From: Chiloscyllium plagiosum
Taxonomy: Eukaryota
DNA length: 64,000 nt
Direction: 5' to 3'
NCBI RefSeq assembly: GCF_004010195.1
Contig: NC_057719.1
Span: forward strand, 73,535,447 to 73,599,446
Of the stretch, positions 22,990 through 37,225 are shown piece after piece (position 1 is the stretch's first letter; every line of letters starts with the position of its first letter). A model generated the notes under the pieces. The model was not told the origin of the DNA and made no database searches. It saw only the letters and a list, made by a program, of their open reading frames with translations. The position numbers and the translations under genes are program-made.

Positions 22990-25730
22990 GAGTCGAAAAG
23001 TGGGGCGCTGGAAAAGCACAGCAGGTCAGGCAGTATCTGAGGAGCTGAAGAGTCTGATGGTGATAGGGTGGAGTGGACAGATGGGAAGGAAGATGGACAG
23101 ATGGGGCAGTTCAAATGGGCAGTGCTGACTTGAAGGGATGGATCTCGGATGAGGTGGGGGAAGGGGAAATGAGGAAACTGGTGAAATCAACGCTGTGGCC
23201 ATGTGGTTTGAGGATTCCAAGACGGAAGATGAGGTGTTCTTCCTCTAGTTGTTGGGTAGCTAGGATTGGCAGTAGAGGAGGCCCAGGACTTGCATGCTCT
23301 TGGCGGAGTGGGCGGGGGAGTCGAAGTGTTTGGCCACAGGGTGATGGGGTTGTTTGGAGCGTGTGTCCCAGATATTTTCTCTGAAACTTTCCATGAGTTG
23401 ACATCCTGTATCCCCAGTGTAGAGGAGACCACATCAAGAGCAACAGACACAGTAGATGAGATGTTTGGATGTGCAGGAAAATCTCTGCCAGATATGGAAG
23501 GATCCTTTGGCGCCTTGGATGGAGGTGAGGGGGGATGTGTGGGCACAGGCTTTACACCACTTGTGACAGCAAGGGAACATGTCAGGAGTGGATGGTGGGT
23601 TGGCAGGTGGTGTGGACTTAACGAGGGAGTTGCGGAGGGAATGGTCTCTGTGGAATGCTGATAGGGGTGGGGAGAGAAATATATCTCTGGTGGTAGGGTC
23701 TGACTGTAGGTGGCAGAAATGGTGGAGAATGATGTGCTGTATCCGGAGATTGGTGGGGTCGAAGGTGAGGACCAGGGGTGGGGTTCAAGGAGGTGTGTGA
23801 AGTGGAGGAGATGCACTGGAGAGCATTGTGGATCATATGGGAGGGGAAATTGCGGTCTTTAAAGTAGGAGGCCATCTGGAATGTTCAGGAGTGGAATTGC
23901 TCCTCCTGGGAACAGATGTGGCAGAGGCAGAGGCAGAGGAATTGGGAGTAAGGGATAGTGTTTTTATGGGGGGGGTGGAAGGTAGAGGTGGGGATGTGTA
24001 GGCCTGGTAGCTGTGGGAGTCAGTGAATTTGAAATAGATGTCAGTGTTGACCCAGTCGCTGGAAATGGAGACGGAGAGGTCCAGGAAGTGCAGGGAGGTG
24101 TCCAAGATAGTCCAGGTGAACTTGAGGTCAGGGTGGAAGGTGGTCATGAAGTTGATGAAGTGTTCAACCTCGTTGTGGGAGCACAAGGTGGTGCCAATGC
24201 AGTCATCGATGTAGTGGAGGTAAAAGTGGGGGATGGTGCCACTGTAACTACGGAAGATGGACTGTTCCACATATTCAATGAAAAGGCAGACATAGCTATG
24301 GCCCATGCAGGTGCCCATAACTACCCCTTTGGTCTGAAGGCAGTGACAGGATTCGAAGGAGAAGTTGTTACGGGTGAGGACGAGTTCAGCCAATCAAATG
24401 AGTTTGTCAGTGGAAGGGTACTGTTTGGGTCGGCGGGAGAGGAAGCAACGGAGGGCTTGGAGGCCTTCATCATGACGGATGGACATGTAGAGGAACTGAC
24501 TGTCTTTGGTGAAGATGAGGCTTTGGGCACCAGGGAAACGAAAGTCATGGGGGAGGTGGAGAGCAAAGGTGGTATCCCTAGACCAAGGGGGACAGGATTG
24601 TGTCAAAGTATAAAGAGATCCGTTTGGTGTGACAGGCGCATACAATGGGTTGTTCGGGTCAGTTATCAACTTCACGAACACCTTCCACCCTGACCTCAAG
24701 TTCACTTGGACCATCTCGGACACTTCCCTCCTCTTCCTCGGCCTCTCCGACTCCATTTCTGGCAATTGACTCAACACTGACATCTACTTCAAACCCACCG
24801 AATCCCACAGCTACCTGGACTACACCTCCTCCCACCACCCCTCCTGTAAAAACACTATCCCTTCCAGCACACCAATCTCCAGACACAATGCATTATTCTC
24901 TACCATTTCCACCACCTACAGTCAGACCCCACCACCAGAGATATGTTTGCCTCCTCACCTCTTTCAGCATTCCACAGAGACCATTCCCTCTGCACTCCCT
25001 CGTTAAGTCCACACCACCTGCCAACCCACCCTCCACTCCTGGCATGTTCCCTTGCTGCTGCAAGTGGTGTAAATCCCACACATCCAAACATCTCATCTAC
25101 TGTGTCTGTTGCTCTCGATGTAGTCTCCTCTACGGTGGTGAGACAGGACGCCAACTTGTGGAATGTTTCAGAGAATATCTCTGGAACACACGCAATAAAC
25201 AACCCCATCACCCTGTGGCCGATCACTTCAACTACCCCTCCAACTCTGCCAAGAACATGAAAGTCCTGGGCCTCCTCCTCCTAGCCACCTGATGCCTGGA
25301 GGAAGTACGTCTCATCTTCCACCTTGGAATCTTCCAACCACACAACCACAATGTTGATTTTACCCATTTCCTCATCGCCCCTTCTCCCATCATCCCAGGT
25401 CCAACCCTCCAACTCGACACCACCCTTTGAGCTGTCCCACCTCTCAACCTTCTTTCCCACCTATCTGCTCCACCCTCTGCTCCTGCCTATCATCATCACC
25501 CTCCCCACCTGTATCTACCTATCACCTTCCAAGATATCTTCCCCCCAGTCCCACCCCATCTCCTATATATTTCTCTCAGCCCCCTTCCCCCCCATCCCAA
25601 CTTCCTGACAAAGAGCTTATACCCGAAACATCGACTCTCCTGCTCCTCAGATGCTGCCTGACCTGCTGTGTTTTTCCAACACCATATTTTTTGACTCTGA
25701 TCTCCAGCATCTGCAGTCCTCTCTTTCTCT
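22990..25730. mobile_element. Inverted (head-to-head) Neptune-type PLE insertion with RT and GIY-YIG remnants
   Basis: Minus arm: ELVLTRNNFSF...KGVVMGTCMGHSY...HYIDDC...FHPDLKFTW...FLDL (23833-24393). Plus arm: LIYCVCCSRCSLLYGGETGRQL. TSD CAGATATGATATGTG / CAGATATGATATATG (22976-22990 / 25731-25745). Confidence 0.92.
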
Positions 25731-26944
25731 CAGATATGATATATGAATAAAATTTAGTGTCTGCGTAATCTGATGGCACTAACAATGATGGAAATTAAAT
25801 ATTGCAAATTCCAGTAACCTTATATTGTGGTGAGAGCTTATTAATAGCCAACCATTGTTTAAATTATGAAAAGAAAAACTTGTTTAATTTGTTTATTACC
25901 CTGTCCAAAGCAGAGACTGGAATTGGTTATCTTTGGTACACGCATTGTGATTTGACACGTGACGATAACATTATCCAAGGACACTAATTTATTTGTATAC
26001 TTCTGAAATTACTAACTGCTACCTGGTATCTGACGGTGCAGCTCTGAAAACTAAAACCTGAATTGAACATAGAAGACAATTTTGTACAAATTTGTCTTGT
26101 TGGTTTCAGGTACTGTTATTTAGAGAGTAAGTATCCTTCACTGTTTGTGACATAATTGAAGATGAAAGCAATACATTGCTTTGTGTTAGCCAGACTGCAT
26201 TATATTTAGACAAATATGCTCAATTAAAACAACAATGATTGTTTATTAATAGTAGTAATTCTAGTATTAAGTGGTATGTTGTAATGTGGTATGGCTTTTC
26301 TAAAAGATATTTCCACAAGGTAATATGTTCTTAATTTAAAATTATTGAATGATTTTGACCGCCATTCTTTTTTTTGTTTGCTTGGTAGGTTGCTTGTTTA
26401 ACTTGTGTGAGCACCCTGTTCATTTGCAGGCTTAATTCAAAGCATTTAGCACAATATACAAGACCCTCCATTGCCTTGCTCCACCTGCCTCCCAATTCCT
26501 GCTTCTATCTCCATGGACATCACCAATGCAATTGTCTATCCTCTAACTCTCTAGCCTTCCCACTCCTTGTGTTATTTTCTTGAGTGACTGGGCTTGACAT
26601 CCACTTATTCCTTAGCATTCTCTTCCCAATTATCTTTGTTGGCACTCTTCATTCAAAATATTTGTGCCCTTGGTCACCTCTCTTCAATTCTTCTGCATGG
26701 AATCTCATCTCAAGTGCCTCAAAGGGGCTGTCACTCTATCAAGGTGTTCTATAATTGTCTATTTTTGCTGTTAAATTTGTTTGCAGATTGTGGATTTTTT
26801 CTTTGTCATGTTTGTTACATAAGATCCTACAGCATTATATTCAAAGGTGTGAGTAATCACTAGCATATTCTAATGTACAACATGCTGAACATGGGTCTGA
26901 ATAAGTTAATATCAAAGACCGCAATAAGCAACATCCATTATGAC

Positions 26945-27155
26945 AGGATAAAAGTGAGGTCTCCAGATGCTGGAGATCAGAGTCGAGAATGTGGTGCTGG
27001 AAAAGCACAGCAGGTCAGGTAGCATCCGAGAAGCAGGAGAGTCGACGTTTCAAGCATAAACTCCTGATGAAGAGCTTATGCCCGAAACACCGATTCTCCT
27101 GCTCCCCTGATGCTGCCTGACCAGCTGTGCTTTTCCAGCACCACACCCTCGACAC
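26945..27155. mobile_element. PLE (family 1) hairpin insertion
   Basis: Inverted arms around a central CTGATGA...GAAAC; perfect 13-bp TSD CATCCATTATGAC (26932-26944 / 27156-27168). Confidence 0.92.
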
Positions 27156-27949
27156 CATCCATTATGACGTCAAACGGATTTTGCAGACCAGCTTATGATT
27201 GCAAAGGAGTGAGACTGGACATTTGACGCTTCTTAATGTCTCTCTAATAATATCTATTATATCAATGTTTCTTAAAGTTAATCACTAACATGCAACAAAC
27301 TTTACCTTTTTAACTAAATATTCTTCTAGTTAGACCAGGAGGTGGTCTTCCTCTACTACACTAGATTACATAGTTCCTGTAATTTCTTACACTTGAAGAG
27401 AATGGTCATAAAAACCTTCAAGATGAGCAGCAGCTCATATAGCATAGTGAGCTGGCCTGCCCATACAACATAGTAAAAAGTGGTGCAGATTTGATTTGTT
27501 TTCTCATAGAACAGCGTAAGTAGCATTGTAAAATATTCAGCCTCAGCTTTAAGTCTCATACAGTGCCCTCAGCATCAGGGAAGAGCTGAAGATGTAAAAG
27601 AAGAAATACTGATGGCAATCCTCAGCCACGAAGAATAACCCAGTGAATAGTGAAAACATTTCAGACCTGGTAAGAGAGACACATACAGGGGAGAGTTAGC
27701 AACTGCCTTGAGAAGGAGAATTGGTTTGTCCAAAGTAGGTACAGGCAGTGTCACAAGATGTGTCTATGAATGGTAGAGTTCAGTGTTGAGTGAATAAATG
27801 TTACAGGCTCAGAGCAAAACTGAAAATCTCTGGTGGATCAGGAGGAACTTTACAAAAACAATATTCCAGACTGCAAAAGCAATACGTTTTTAAAAAATTA
27901 CTTGCAACGGATTGAATGTCTCTGACATCCTGAGAGAGCAGCCAGAGGT

Positions 27950-29800
27950 ATGGCTACAGAAGTAAATTAATAAGCCATGAAGGACATCGCAAAGACAATA
28001 ATTAGGGTGATAAAGTTGGCACATTAAATGTCTAAACTAGACTGATCTAATAGGAGTACAACATTTGTGAGACTTTAATCAGATCCTGGATCTCCTGTCT
28101 TTTTCTGAATAAAGTGAGAAATGTTCATTAAAGTCACAAGCAGTGGGATTTATTGTGAACTGCAAAAAGAGAGGAATCCTTGGTTCTACCTTTGAAGTGT
28201 GAGAATCCTTCAATTTAGCTACAATTTTAATCACAAGAAAGTAGCAATCATTCATTTCAGGTGTAAAATGAATGAAAATCCAGCATTGTAGAAGAATAGA
28301 GCTGCTATTAATGTAAAAATCTAAATCTTTTAAAAATCTAAACTATGCAATTACATTAGAAAGCTATGGCACAAGAAAATAATATTGCCAGGTTCCAGAG
28401 ATGGATGAAATAGAACACAGAATTGGACACTTAGGAGAAACAACTTTTGAGATACAGAATAGCACCCAAATCAGATACTAAATCAAAAGCTGAACAAGCA
28501 AATTCAGTTCTGTACTCAATTGGGAGTATAGCTGATGACATTTGAGCTCACAAAGGTGTATAAGAAACAGCAGACATATTTGAAGTACTGAAAACCTTTG
28601 ACAAAACCTTTAACCTCAAAACTAATAAAACTCTTAGAAAAGCAAGAATAAATGAACAGTTCAGAAGCATCGGGGAAATCCACAGATGATTGCATTCAGA
28701 ATTTCTCGAGATTCATGGAGAAATGTAAATAAGATGATTTTAATTCTGAGGGGAAATGGGTAATCCAGCCCTTACATTTTGGCAATGATTATCTTTCAGA
28801 TTTCAAGTTAGACATCTGTTGAGTGTGGTTATGCTATTAGATAACGATCCATAGTTTAAAAAAGCACACTGTCTACAGATGAGAACAGTGCAAGTGCAAG
28901 GTCCAGGAAGTAAAGCACTTGAGATTAAAAGTATGCTACAAGCAAATCCCCAATATAGGGAATGCCAAGTAGCAGAAAACCTCTATGTACTTCACAAACA
29001 GGAATTTTCACTCTTGAGTAGGGTGACAAATGGTAGAAGGTGTTAAACTATATAAAGTTAAGGAACAACTGGTCAAAGTAAAGCTGACAGAAGATATCCA
29101 TAGGACTCCCTAGACTCATAGCAGAACCTGAACCAAGTGCACTAAATTCTGCTTTTCATTATGTTAGCAAAATACATCGATTCTTACAGTCAAAACATGC
29201 AAACCTGTGATGATACTGGATTGGTACACATACTTTTCACTGCTATCAACACCAAAGTGCTCAGACTGTAGGAAGCAGCAGGCTTTGCAATGAAGGAAAA
29301 AAAGAATGAGATTGCCAATGAGCAGCACATCCCAGTTGAGCCAGTTGACAAATTTAAAACTGCGCAACTCAGTTTGTAATACAACTTAGTGAATAAATAA
29401 CTAAAGCAGACTCTAGGCAGGTTGAAGTTCGATGCTGAGTTAACTTGGAAGCTTAGGCACAATATTTGACATCCTGAGAAGGAAATCTCAAAGACAAGAA
29501 TTAGATATATTGGTTTCACCAGTACTGCAATCACTAAGGGCAAATGACAGATTCCAAACAAATCAACATGTGAAAGGAAAACATTGACATGCATCAGCAC
29601 AAATCTGCAAGTGAGTTGGGAATAGAAATCTGCTGACACAGATTGAAAATGTGCTTATAACTCCATGGAAGCCACCAAGGAGAAGATTAATGTTCAACAA
29701 CTCAATAAGGAAGAAATTGCCTATTACAGCAGGAAAGATGTCCCCAGGATACAAATCCAAGAGATTAAAGATCGTCCAGTTTAAAGAGAACTACAGACCT
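27950..29800 (+). mobile_element. Ancient, heavily decayed LINE (RTE-like?)
   Basis: Purine-rich plus strand; residual motifs GTLNV*T (~28018, AP-endonuclease start), AVGFIVN (~28140), EPVDKFK (~29338). Confidence 0.4.
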
Positions 29801-31208
29801 CACACTGTCAGGAAGATAATCAAAGGCAATCATCTTCCACCCAGCGAATTATCAGTTTTCCACGTTCAACGTGTATATGTGGCCCCCAGAACACCTGAAT
29901 TTGTAAAGTCAGAGATGTGGAGGGAGATGGGGTGATGGTAAATGTAATGATATGTACAGACAAATGTATAATATTAAAAAGGGAAAGAAAAAGCTTGATG
30001 GAAGATGTTGCATATGGTTCTGGAGAGTAACTTCTAAAGATTTCCATTAGCTCCAGCCATGATGCTGATGGTGTATATGGACCTCTATGGCCTTGGGACT
30101 CAAATAAGTGAGACCAAACATCATGTGCTCCTCAAAATCTCTCTACCGAAATTTATCATATCAATGTAATCTGGAACTAGTAGCGATTGTGGAATAAAAT
30201 AAATCTTGTACATTGCAAGAAACTCTTCCAGTTGTATCAGGAAGTGGTTACCCTTTACCGTACTAGATCAAGCATGTCCTGTTCTTACCTATACTTTGAG
30301 AGGATGGTGGCAACAGCATACATCGAGAGCAGGAGCTCACAGCCTTTATTGGCTTTTTGTGATCAGTCTGAGAGTCTTGTGTAGTTGAAATAACTGAATA
30401 CCAAGAAAACTATGAATGAAGAAAACCATTTATCTCATCTTAATGCATACCCTCCTACCTTTCCCTTAGTGCAACATCCAACTGATTGGATGGTCTTACT
30501 GACTGATTCACTCACTTTCTTGCCTGTTCGCTCACTCACACCCACCGACCCAATTCTGCCACATTTATCCAGTGGATATTTAAAACTGCTTCTGACATAT
30601 CACCAATGGGTAGGAGCTAAGATGCTTAACATTAAATTTGCCAAGATCCTTCAGTAATTATCTTTGAAGAGAAAATAGATCCAAACAATCATATTGGTTT
30701 ATTTTCCTTGCTTCAAAACAGCTAACCTATTTAACTGCATGTTTCATTGTAATTCCACACAAGTGCAAATCTGCCCTGCAGCGTATCTCACTATTAGCTT
30801 GGTTTACAGTACCTCTGACCTGAATCTTATTTTTTTAGTATTTTGTTTATTCATGCACATTACAGGGACTGTTAGTTAACATTTTGTTCAAGTCACATTT
30901 ATGCATTTGGATCACTATTTCATATATTTGATCTCCATCCCTTTTGTATCTTTCCAAAAGGAATTGGCTTCCAACAGGTTGACATTTTCATTAGAAGTCA
31001 GGTTTGATTTAGAGTTGTGTTTTGAGTCAGCTTAATTTTCTTGTAGAACTTTGTGATTTGTTTGTATACCTCACAAACCCCCTTTAGCCTATTTAATTCA
31101 TCAATACTTACCAGATAAAGCAACAGTTATTCTCAGAGTGCAGTTCTAAATTTCTTTGACATATTATTTTGCAGGCTTACATCCATAAATAGCAAAAACT
31201 TTGTAATA

Positions 31209-31583
31209 CAGTAGCGCCTCGACATACGAACGACCCCATTCACGAAGAAATCGGTTTATGAACAGGATTGTACGTAAAATTTTGCTTCAATGTACATACG
31301 AAATTCAAGGTACGAACAAAGGTACAAACGCAAAAAGCCCGTGTGTGACCACGTGGTTTCATTGTTCTGCTTTGCTACGCGCTTGTTGAACGCAAAAGCC
31401 CTCGGGCCCCGTGTGATCTCATTCAGTTCGTCTTTGGCGCGTGTGCTGTGAACAGCGTCCGTTGCTACGTCCAAGCATTCTTACGCTATCCGAACAATGG
31501 GAAAAATTGATTCAGTTTGTGAACTTTTCGGTTCGCGAACCGGGTCTTGGAACGGATTAAGTTCGTAAGTCAAGGCGCTACTA
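31209..31583. mobile_element. Non-autonomous Tc1/mariner (Tigger/pogo-like) MITE
   Basis: TIR CAGTAGCGCCTCGACATACGAAC versus GTTCGTAAGTCAAGGCGCTACTA (3 mismatches in 23); TA on both sides (31207-31208, 31584-31585). Confidence 0.9.
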
Positions 31584-31774
31584 TACTTACTTTTCACTCC
31601 ATATCACAAGTTAGCCTATTCCCAATTTATGTGAATATAAATAAAATCTAGACTTAGTTCCAATTTATGTTTCATCCTCACTTGTTGTCTTATTAATGCA
31701 GAGAACATTTCAGTATTATTACTGTAAATCTCTGGGAGGTTGTCTTGCAGTATAATGCTTGGATATCGCCAAAT

Positions 31775-32170
31775 CAAAAGATTCAGCCTAAGATGCCAAG
31801 TGCTTGAGGAAATCAATGTGGATATTCACCAGAATGTTTTAGTGGCTGAAACGTTTCAATCCCACAGAGAAACTGGGGAAGCCAAGATTGTTCTTCGTTC
31901 CCCTTAGATCAGACAAAGACAAAAGGAGATTTGACCGAGGCCTTCAAAATTATGATGATTTTGATAGAGCAATTAAGGAAAAAGTATTTCCATTGCCAGA
32001 AGGAAAATACACAAATTTAAAGTATAAAAAAATGCTTTTTTTTAACATGGAGAGTTCTGTATTTGGAATTTATGGCCTGAAATATTGGTGTAAATGGATT
32101 TATTAGTCCCTTTTGAAATGAGGATAGGATAAATACTAGAAGGGATAACACACAGGCCTGTGGGAAAAGC
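31775..32170 (+). mobile_element. Old CR1 3' fragment
   Basis: Residual GATTCACCAGAATG, AGGAGATTTGACCGAGGCCTTCAAAATTATG. Confidence 0.6.
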
Positions 32171-34759
32171 ATGAGGAAAGATGTAATGTTATTTACATAT
32201 ACCTTTAAGGGGGTGTATTTTAAATTGTCACCAAAAGAATCATCTCAGCAAGTTATTGTGCATTAGTTCCATGATTTTTTAGTTAGTCTATCAGCAATAT
32301 TGTTACGATAATCTCTAAGTTTACTCTATCTGTCTAAAATCTTATTTCCAAACTTTTTAAAAATGTTTTTTAAAACAATTTGTGTGTATGGTTAGTCAGT
32401 CTGGGTCTAAAAGAAGAATGTAATAAGTACTTGAATTAATTGGACAACTCATTCAACGGTCCAGCTGTCTCATTCTTCGCTGTCTCATTCTTTGATTCCA
32501 TGCCATGAAACCACAATGTTGGGCTAAATTACTTACAAATTGTATTGTGTCAAGCCATAGATATGATAGTGTCACCCAAGTATCAGGCAGTAATTCTTTT
32601 TTATAAAATGGCCAGTTTGCTTCTTTATGGGTTGCTGGGAACCAGGTATGCTTTTTGCTCATGAGAATGGCACACTGCAGACTATATCTGAGCTACTGCA
32701 CATGTAGTCCAGTCTTGTCTATTAACTGCCACTTGTGTGATGCTCTGGTTGGGAAAGTTGGATGTTTAACATAAGCTGATACCCTGACAAAAAGCAGCCT
32801 TGGGCAGATCAGCTCCTGTTGGTGCCATTCCACTCACACTGAGATTGACTGATCTCCAGCTTGGGGCATGGCTAGTCTGACAACTGTTGTTAAATCCTGA
32901 AAACCATGAGGAACAACTTAATATATCCTGACTAAATCATCTGAAAGCCAGGATTTTGTCCATCCTTGCAGTTGTTAGGAGTGTCTACTTTTGCGTTTCA
33001 TCGAAAGACTGACTTTGAAAGACAGCCTTAATCAAGTTCCAGATTGTTCTCTTCTATTGTCTTGATTCCTTCTTTGCATCTTTGTATAGTCAAAAACTTT
33101 CTTTAAAATAGGATTCAGAAGAGATTTGACAACAATGTACTTTTTAAAAAAGAATCGTGACTTCAGGAAATGGTGCTAGGCACTGGCATGTTACCTGGTG
33201 TCAACCCCAATTTAGAATGATAAGGCAAATCTAAATTTAAGGGTCCTTGGAATTCAGCCTTGACCCGTGTCTGGTGACCATGGAACAAGCCTGCTTGTAA
33301 GTGCCGAATCAATAGTCTTGCTCAGGGACCAGGTGGTGGGGCACTGAGGAAAATCAGAATCAGTGTTGTTTCTCAGCTGAGGTTCAAATACATTGTTGGG
33401 ACAAACTCGGTGGAGCTTTCATTCCTATTGACCTCTATTTATGTGTCTTGGTACCTGGCATGGAAAATGGCAAGTCAAGCAACTAAAGTAAGATGAAATG
33501 CTGATTATTATGAATATGCCCAGTGAAACTCATTGGCATTGTCATTATTATATAGTTAACATTTCAATGTCATGCAGTGCAGAAATTCAAAATAAGTTTC
33601 ACTACTATGGGACATATCCACAGAATTAACACTTTGAACACTGCAATTGAAGCTGTGTGACAAAAAATTAAAACTCTATCTGTTGTATTAAAGCCAAGAA
33701 TTGTGTGATAAACTTGTAGATACTGAAATTATGTCATGAGGTACTAATGGATGAATGCATTGTGTGTTTGTTGAAATTCTTTAGTCTGCAGTTTGAGGCG
33801 ATGTATTAGATCATTAAAAGCACTTTTTTTAACAAAGCATTTAACAACTCTGAGAGAAGAGAAAATAATTACACTTTGCAAACTTCAGTGTAGGATGTAC
33901 TCTGTATTAATCTCAGGAGAGCACAGAAACAGCAGTGAAATTCTTTTCAATAGAAATTAATCACAACTTTTAAATGCTATGATAAAATTGGAGTTTTACT
34001 GTAAAAGCAGGCTTCTCTTAATATCAAATTGCTTCAAGGGCTAATTTACATTAAATACATTGAGGTTGTGTTCACCACAATGTAATAGCCAAATTGACAT
34101 ATTTGGTAACAACAGAGCATGACAAAAAGATTAATTGAGGTATTGATTTCAGATAATCATTTCAGCAGTGGAATGACTGAATGTGCATGTAGTAACATTA
34201 TTGAAATGCATAAATCAGTATAACAAGCTACATCATTGCAGCCGGGAAATGGATTGTTACTGAGCTATTTCATTTTGCGATGACATTTCCCATGTCCAAG
34301 TAGTTTTTCGTAAACCTTAAAATTTGCTGCACTGTCAATGGCTGTCCTTCAGTTTGAGGGTGATGTCTGCTCAGGATCTCAAAATTATGCCATGTGCCTT
34401 TCGATGACTGAACGTGTTGACAGTTGACCCACAGATCTTTGACACATGGGACAGAATGTCCCACAAGCCAGTGAGATTGAGCAGCGAGAATTATTTCTTT
34501 TTCTCTTGCTTTCTGTGCTATAGTCTGCCTCACTATTAGAGCATTGTGACTCAAAGCATGATAACAGTTTGTCAGACAAGTTGTCACCATTTTAAAAATC
34601 TATTGCCTCCTAATCATGAATATTAATGCTCCCTTGCTGTAGACTACTGTTTAGTGTAATTTGTGGTGATACAATTTGGAACAATTACTATGGTTATGTT
34701 GGTGCAACACCCTGTGTATATACATAACACCATAGATTGCGCTATTTTCGATAGATAAG

Positions 34760-35432
34760 GTTAATGTGAAGGAAACAGATTTTTGTTTCTTTTTCCTCCA
34801 ATATCCAGTAGAATTGGAGGAAACTTGAGGTCAGTTAATTTCATGTCAGTGTTAGGAACGATACTGAAATCTCAAAGAGCAGTCACTGGAAGCCAAAACG
34901 ATATGAAGAATAGTCAGCAAGGATTTCAAAGCAAAAGTGACGCTTGACCAGTCTTATTGAATTCTTTGAAGAAATATCACATCCTAAGAGTCATATCTAG
35001 CTCAAAATCAGATGGTTTTAGTAGTTGGGAGTCAATCATCTCAGCATTGAAACAACTCTTCCCAGGTCTGTGTCATCAGCCCATTCAGTTTCATTTTTAA
35101 GCTTTGCTCCCTTTGTTTGATCACATGTGGTATTATTCACTAATAATTGCACAGCTTTGAGCTGCATTCACAATTCCTTATGTAATGAGCCAGTCCGTTC
35201 CTATGTGCAGAATAATCTAAACAATGTACAGTATTAAGTAGCAAGTAATATTCGTGCTATATACATGGCAGCAATAATCTCTAACAAGGTTTAACGACTT
35301 CCCATTGACAATTAGTAGCATTACTATCATCAAATTCCCACAACTTACCACACTCCACCATCCATTGCCATTACCCAGAAATTTCAATAGGCCAGTCATG
35401 TAAATGTAATGGCTGCAACATGTTCAGAGGCC
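34760..35432 (+). mobile_element. Two adjacent decayed CR1-clade RT fragments
   Basis: AATAGTCAGCAAGGATTTC...CTTATTGAATTCTTTGAAGA (SQHGF...LIEFFE), then GTTGGGAGTCAATCATCTCAGC...CAAGTAATATTCGTG...CCATTACCCAGAAA. Confidence 0.65.
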
Positions 35433-36864
35433 TTTTATATTAAAGGATGATAAATAATCAACCACTATTTGTCAAGGGTAACTCCCTACTAATAACTGTT
35501 AAAATAATAATGACATAGTTAGTTAAATTGCACTCTCAGGAGGCATGAAGTTATCACAGTCTATTTATAGATAACTGCTGACACAGCACTTTCGGACTGA
35601 ATTATTCATCTGTAGTTGTTCATTATTAAAGAGCTGAGAATATTTCATCAGTTTCAGATTAACTTCAGTTTTTAGAAAACCTTCACATGTTGCAAACAGT
35701 GTTTTTGGTACATTGCAATGTACACAATCATATGTAAATCTTTTGTGAATGCCAGTTCATTAATGGTTTCTGAAAACAGAATCCAGCTGCATTGCTCTGC
35801 TGAATTTGAGGTATAAAAGGGCCGTGGGAGACGTGAGTGTTTTAATTTATGTTTATTATGATATGAAATTTGTTGCCTGAAAGTGTGGTGGAAAAATGTT
35901 TTAATGGTTCTCTAAAACAAACATTATCTATACTTAAGTGAAAAATGTGGATGGTAGTGAGGAAAGAACAAGAGAATGGGACTAATTGATACCTGTTTCA
36001 GGGAACAGGCACATATATAATAAGGGTTGGTCTTCTCTGTGTTTCATGATGGAGAGAAAAAAATCCTGTGGAATTTAGAATACCTTCTAAAATAAATGAA
36101 TTAATAAAATATTAAACCTAATATAGCTTTGCTGAAGTGCAAAGGAGTGAAATAATGGGAAATATTAAATGATCCAAAATGATCTTACTAGGAATTGCCC
36201 ATGATTCATGCCACAATCTTGGGTTAGTTTAAATAATGCCCAAACACTACTTTTGCAGTTTCCATCTGAAGAAATACCGCATACTAGACGTTGTTGCCCT
36301 AGGCTCACCCTAAAACGTAAAGTGTATTGCACTCATTCCAGAAGTGTCATTTTTAATAGTGCTATTTGGCAGTGAATTTAACAAATAAATCTATTGCCCT
36401 TTGTTCAGGTGGGTAGTCACCAGATTCCCTAATGCAATGTGGTTTGTGAATAGAAGTGCATAATTTCATATTTTGCAAATGGTTCACTTTAGAATAACAT
36501 TTTTATTATTTCTACTCAGATCAATATGCAAATTCTCTCCCTCCAAACTTATCACATTGTCATTCCTTTCCAGTATATTAAATTGCACAACACTATCATC
36601 CTGCATTCCATGAATAAACAAAATAAATAATCATTCTTGTTTCAGAAGAAGAATGCACTAACCTCTTGTCAAATTAACTAAGATATTAGATAAAGTACAT
36701 CCTGCATGTTAAAGCTGTAAGCACAGTTGATTATAATGTTAGACATTGACCTTTTTAATATGATGGAGAAGTGTTAACAAATTAAAAACTGTACTTGCTG
36801 GCAAGCATCTTGAACAGCTCTTAGTGTACTTAGGGAAATACATTTGCAGTGAATTCAGGGGATA

Positions 36865-37225
36865 AGGTGGGATTGGAGGAATATCACTGGGCTACAAATA
36901 CAGAGACCCCAGTTAATCTGGGGACATGGGTTCATATCATCAAAGCAATGGGTGAAATTTAAATTCAATTAATTAAAGGATAATCAAGAATTGAAAGCTA
37001 GTCTCAGTCTTCGTGACCATAGAGCTATTGTTGATTATCTTAAAAACCCATCTACTTTATTAATGTTCTTTAGCGAAGAAAGTCTATGTTCCATCCCTGG
37101 TCTGGCCTACATGTGACTCCAGATCCACAGCAATGTTGTTGACTCTTAACTGTCCTCTGGTATGGCCAAGTAAAACATGCAGTTCATGGAGAGTTAAGGA
37201 CAAGCAATAAATTGTCACACCCATT
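36865..37225 (+). mobile_element. Shark tRNA-derived SINE
   Basis: GGGGACATGGGTTCA head; CCTGGTCTGGCCTACATGTGACTCCAGATCCACAGCAATG core. Confidence 0.75.

Noticed and set aside
23187..25292. Several 130-226 aa overlapping ORFs
   Set aside because: Alternative or antisense frames of the decayed Neptune element; no intact RT-endonuclease ORF.
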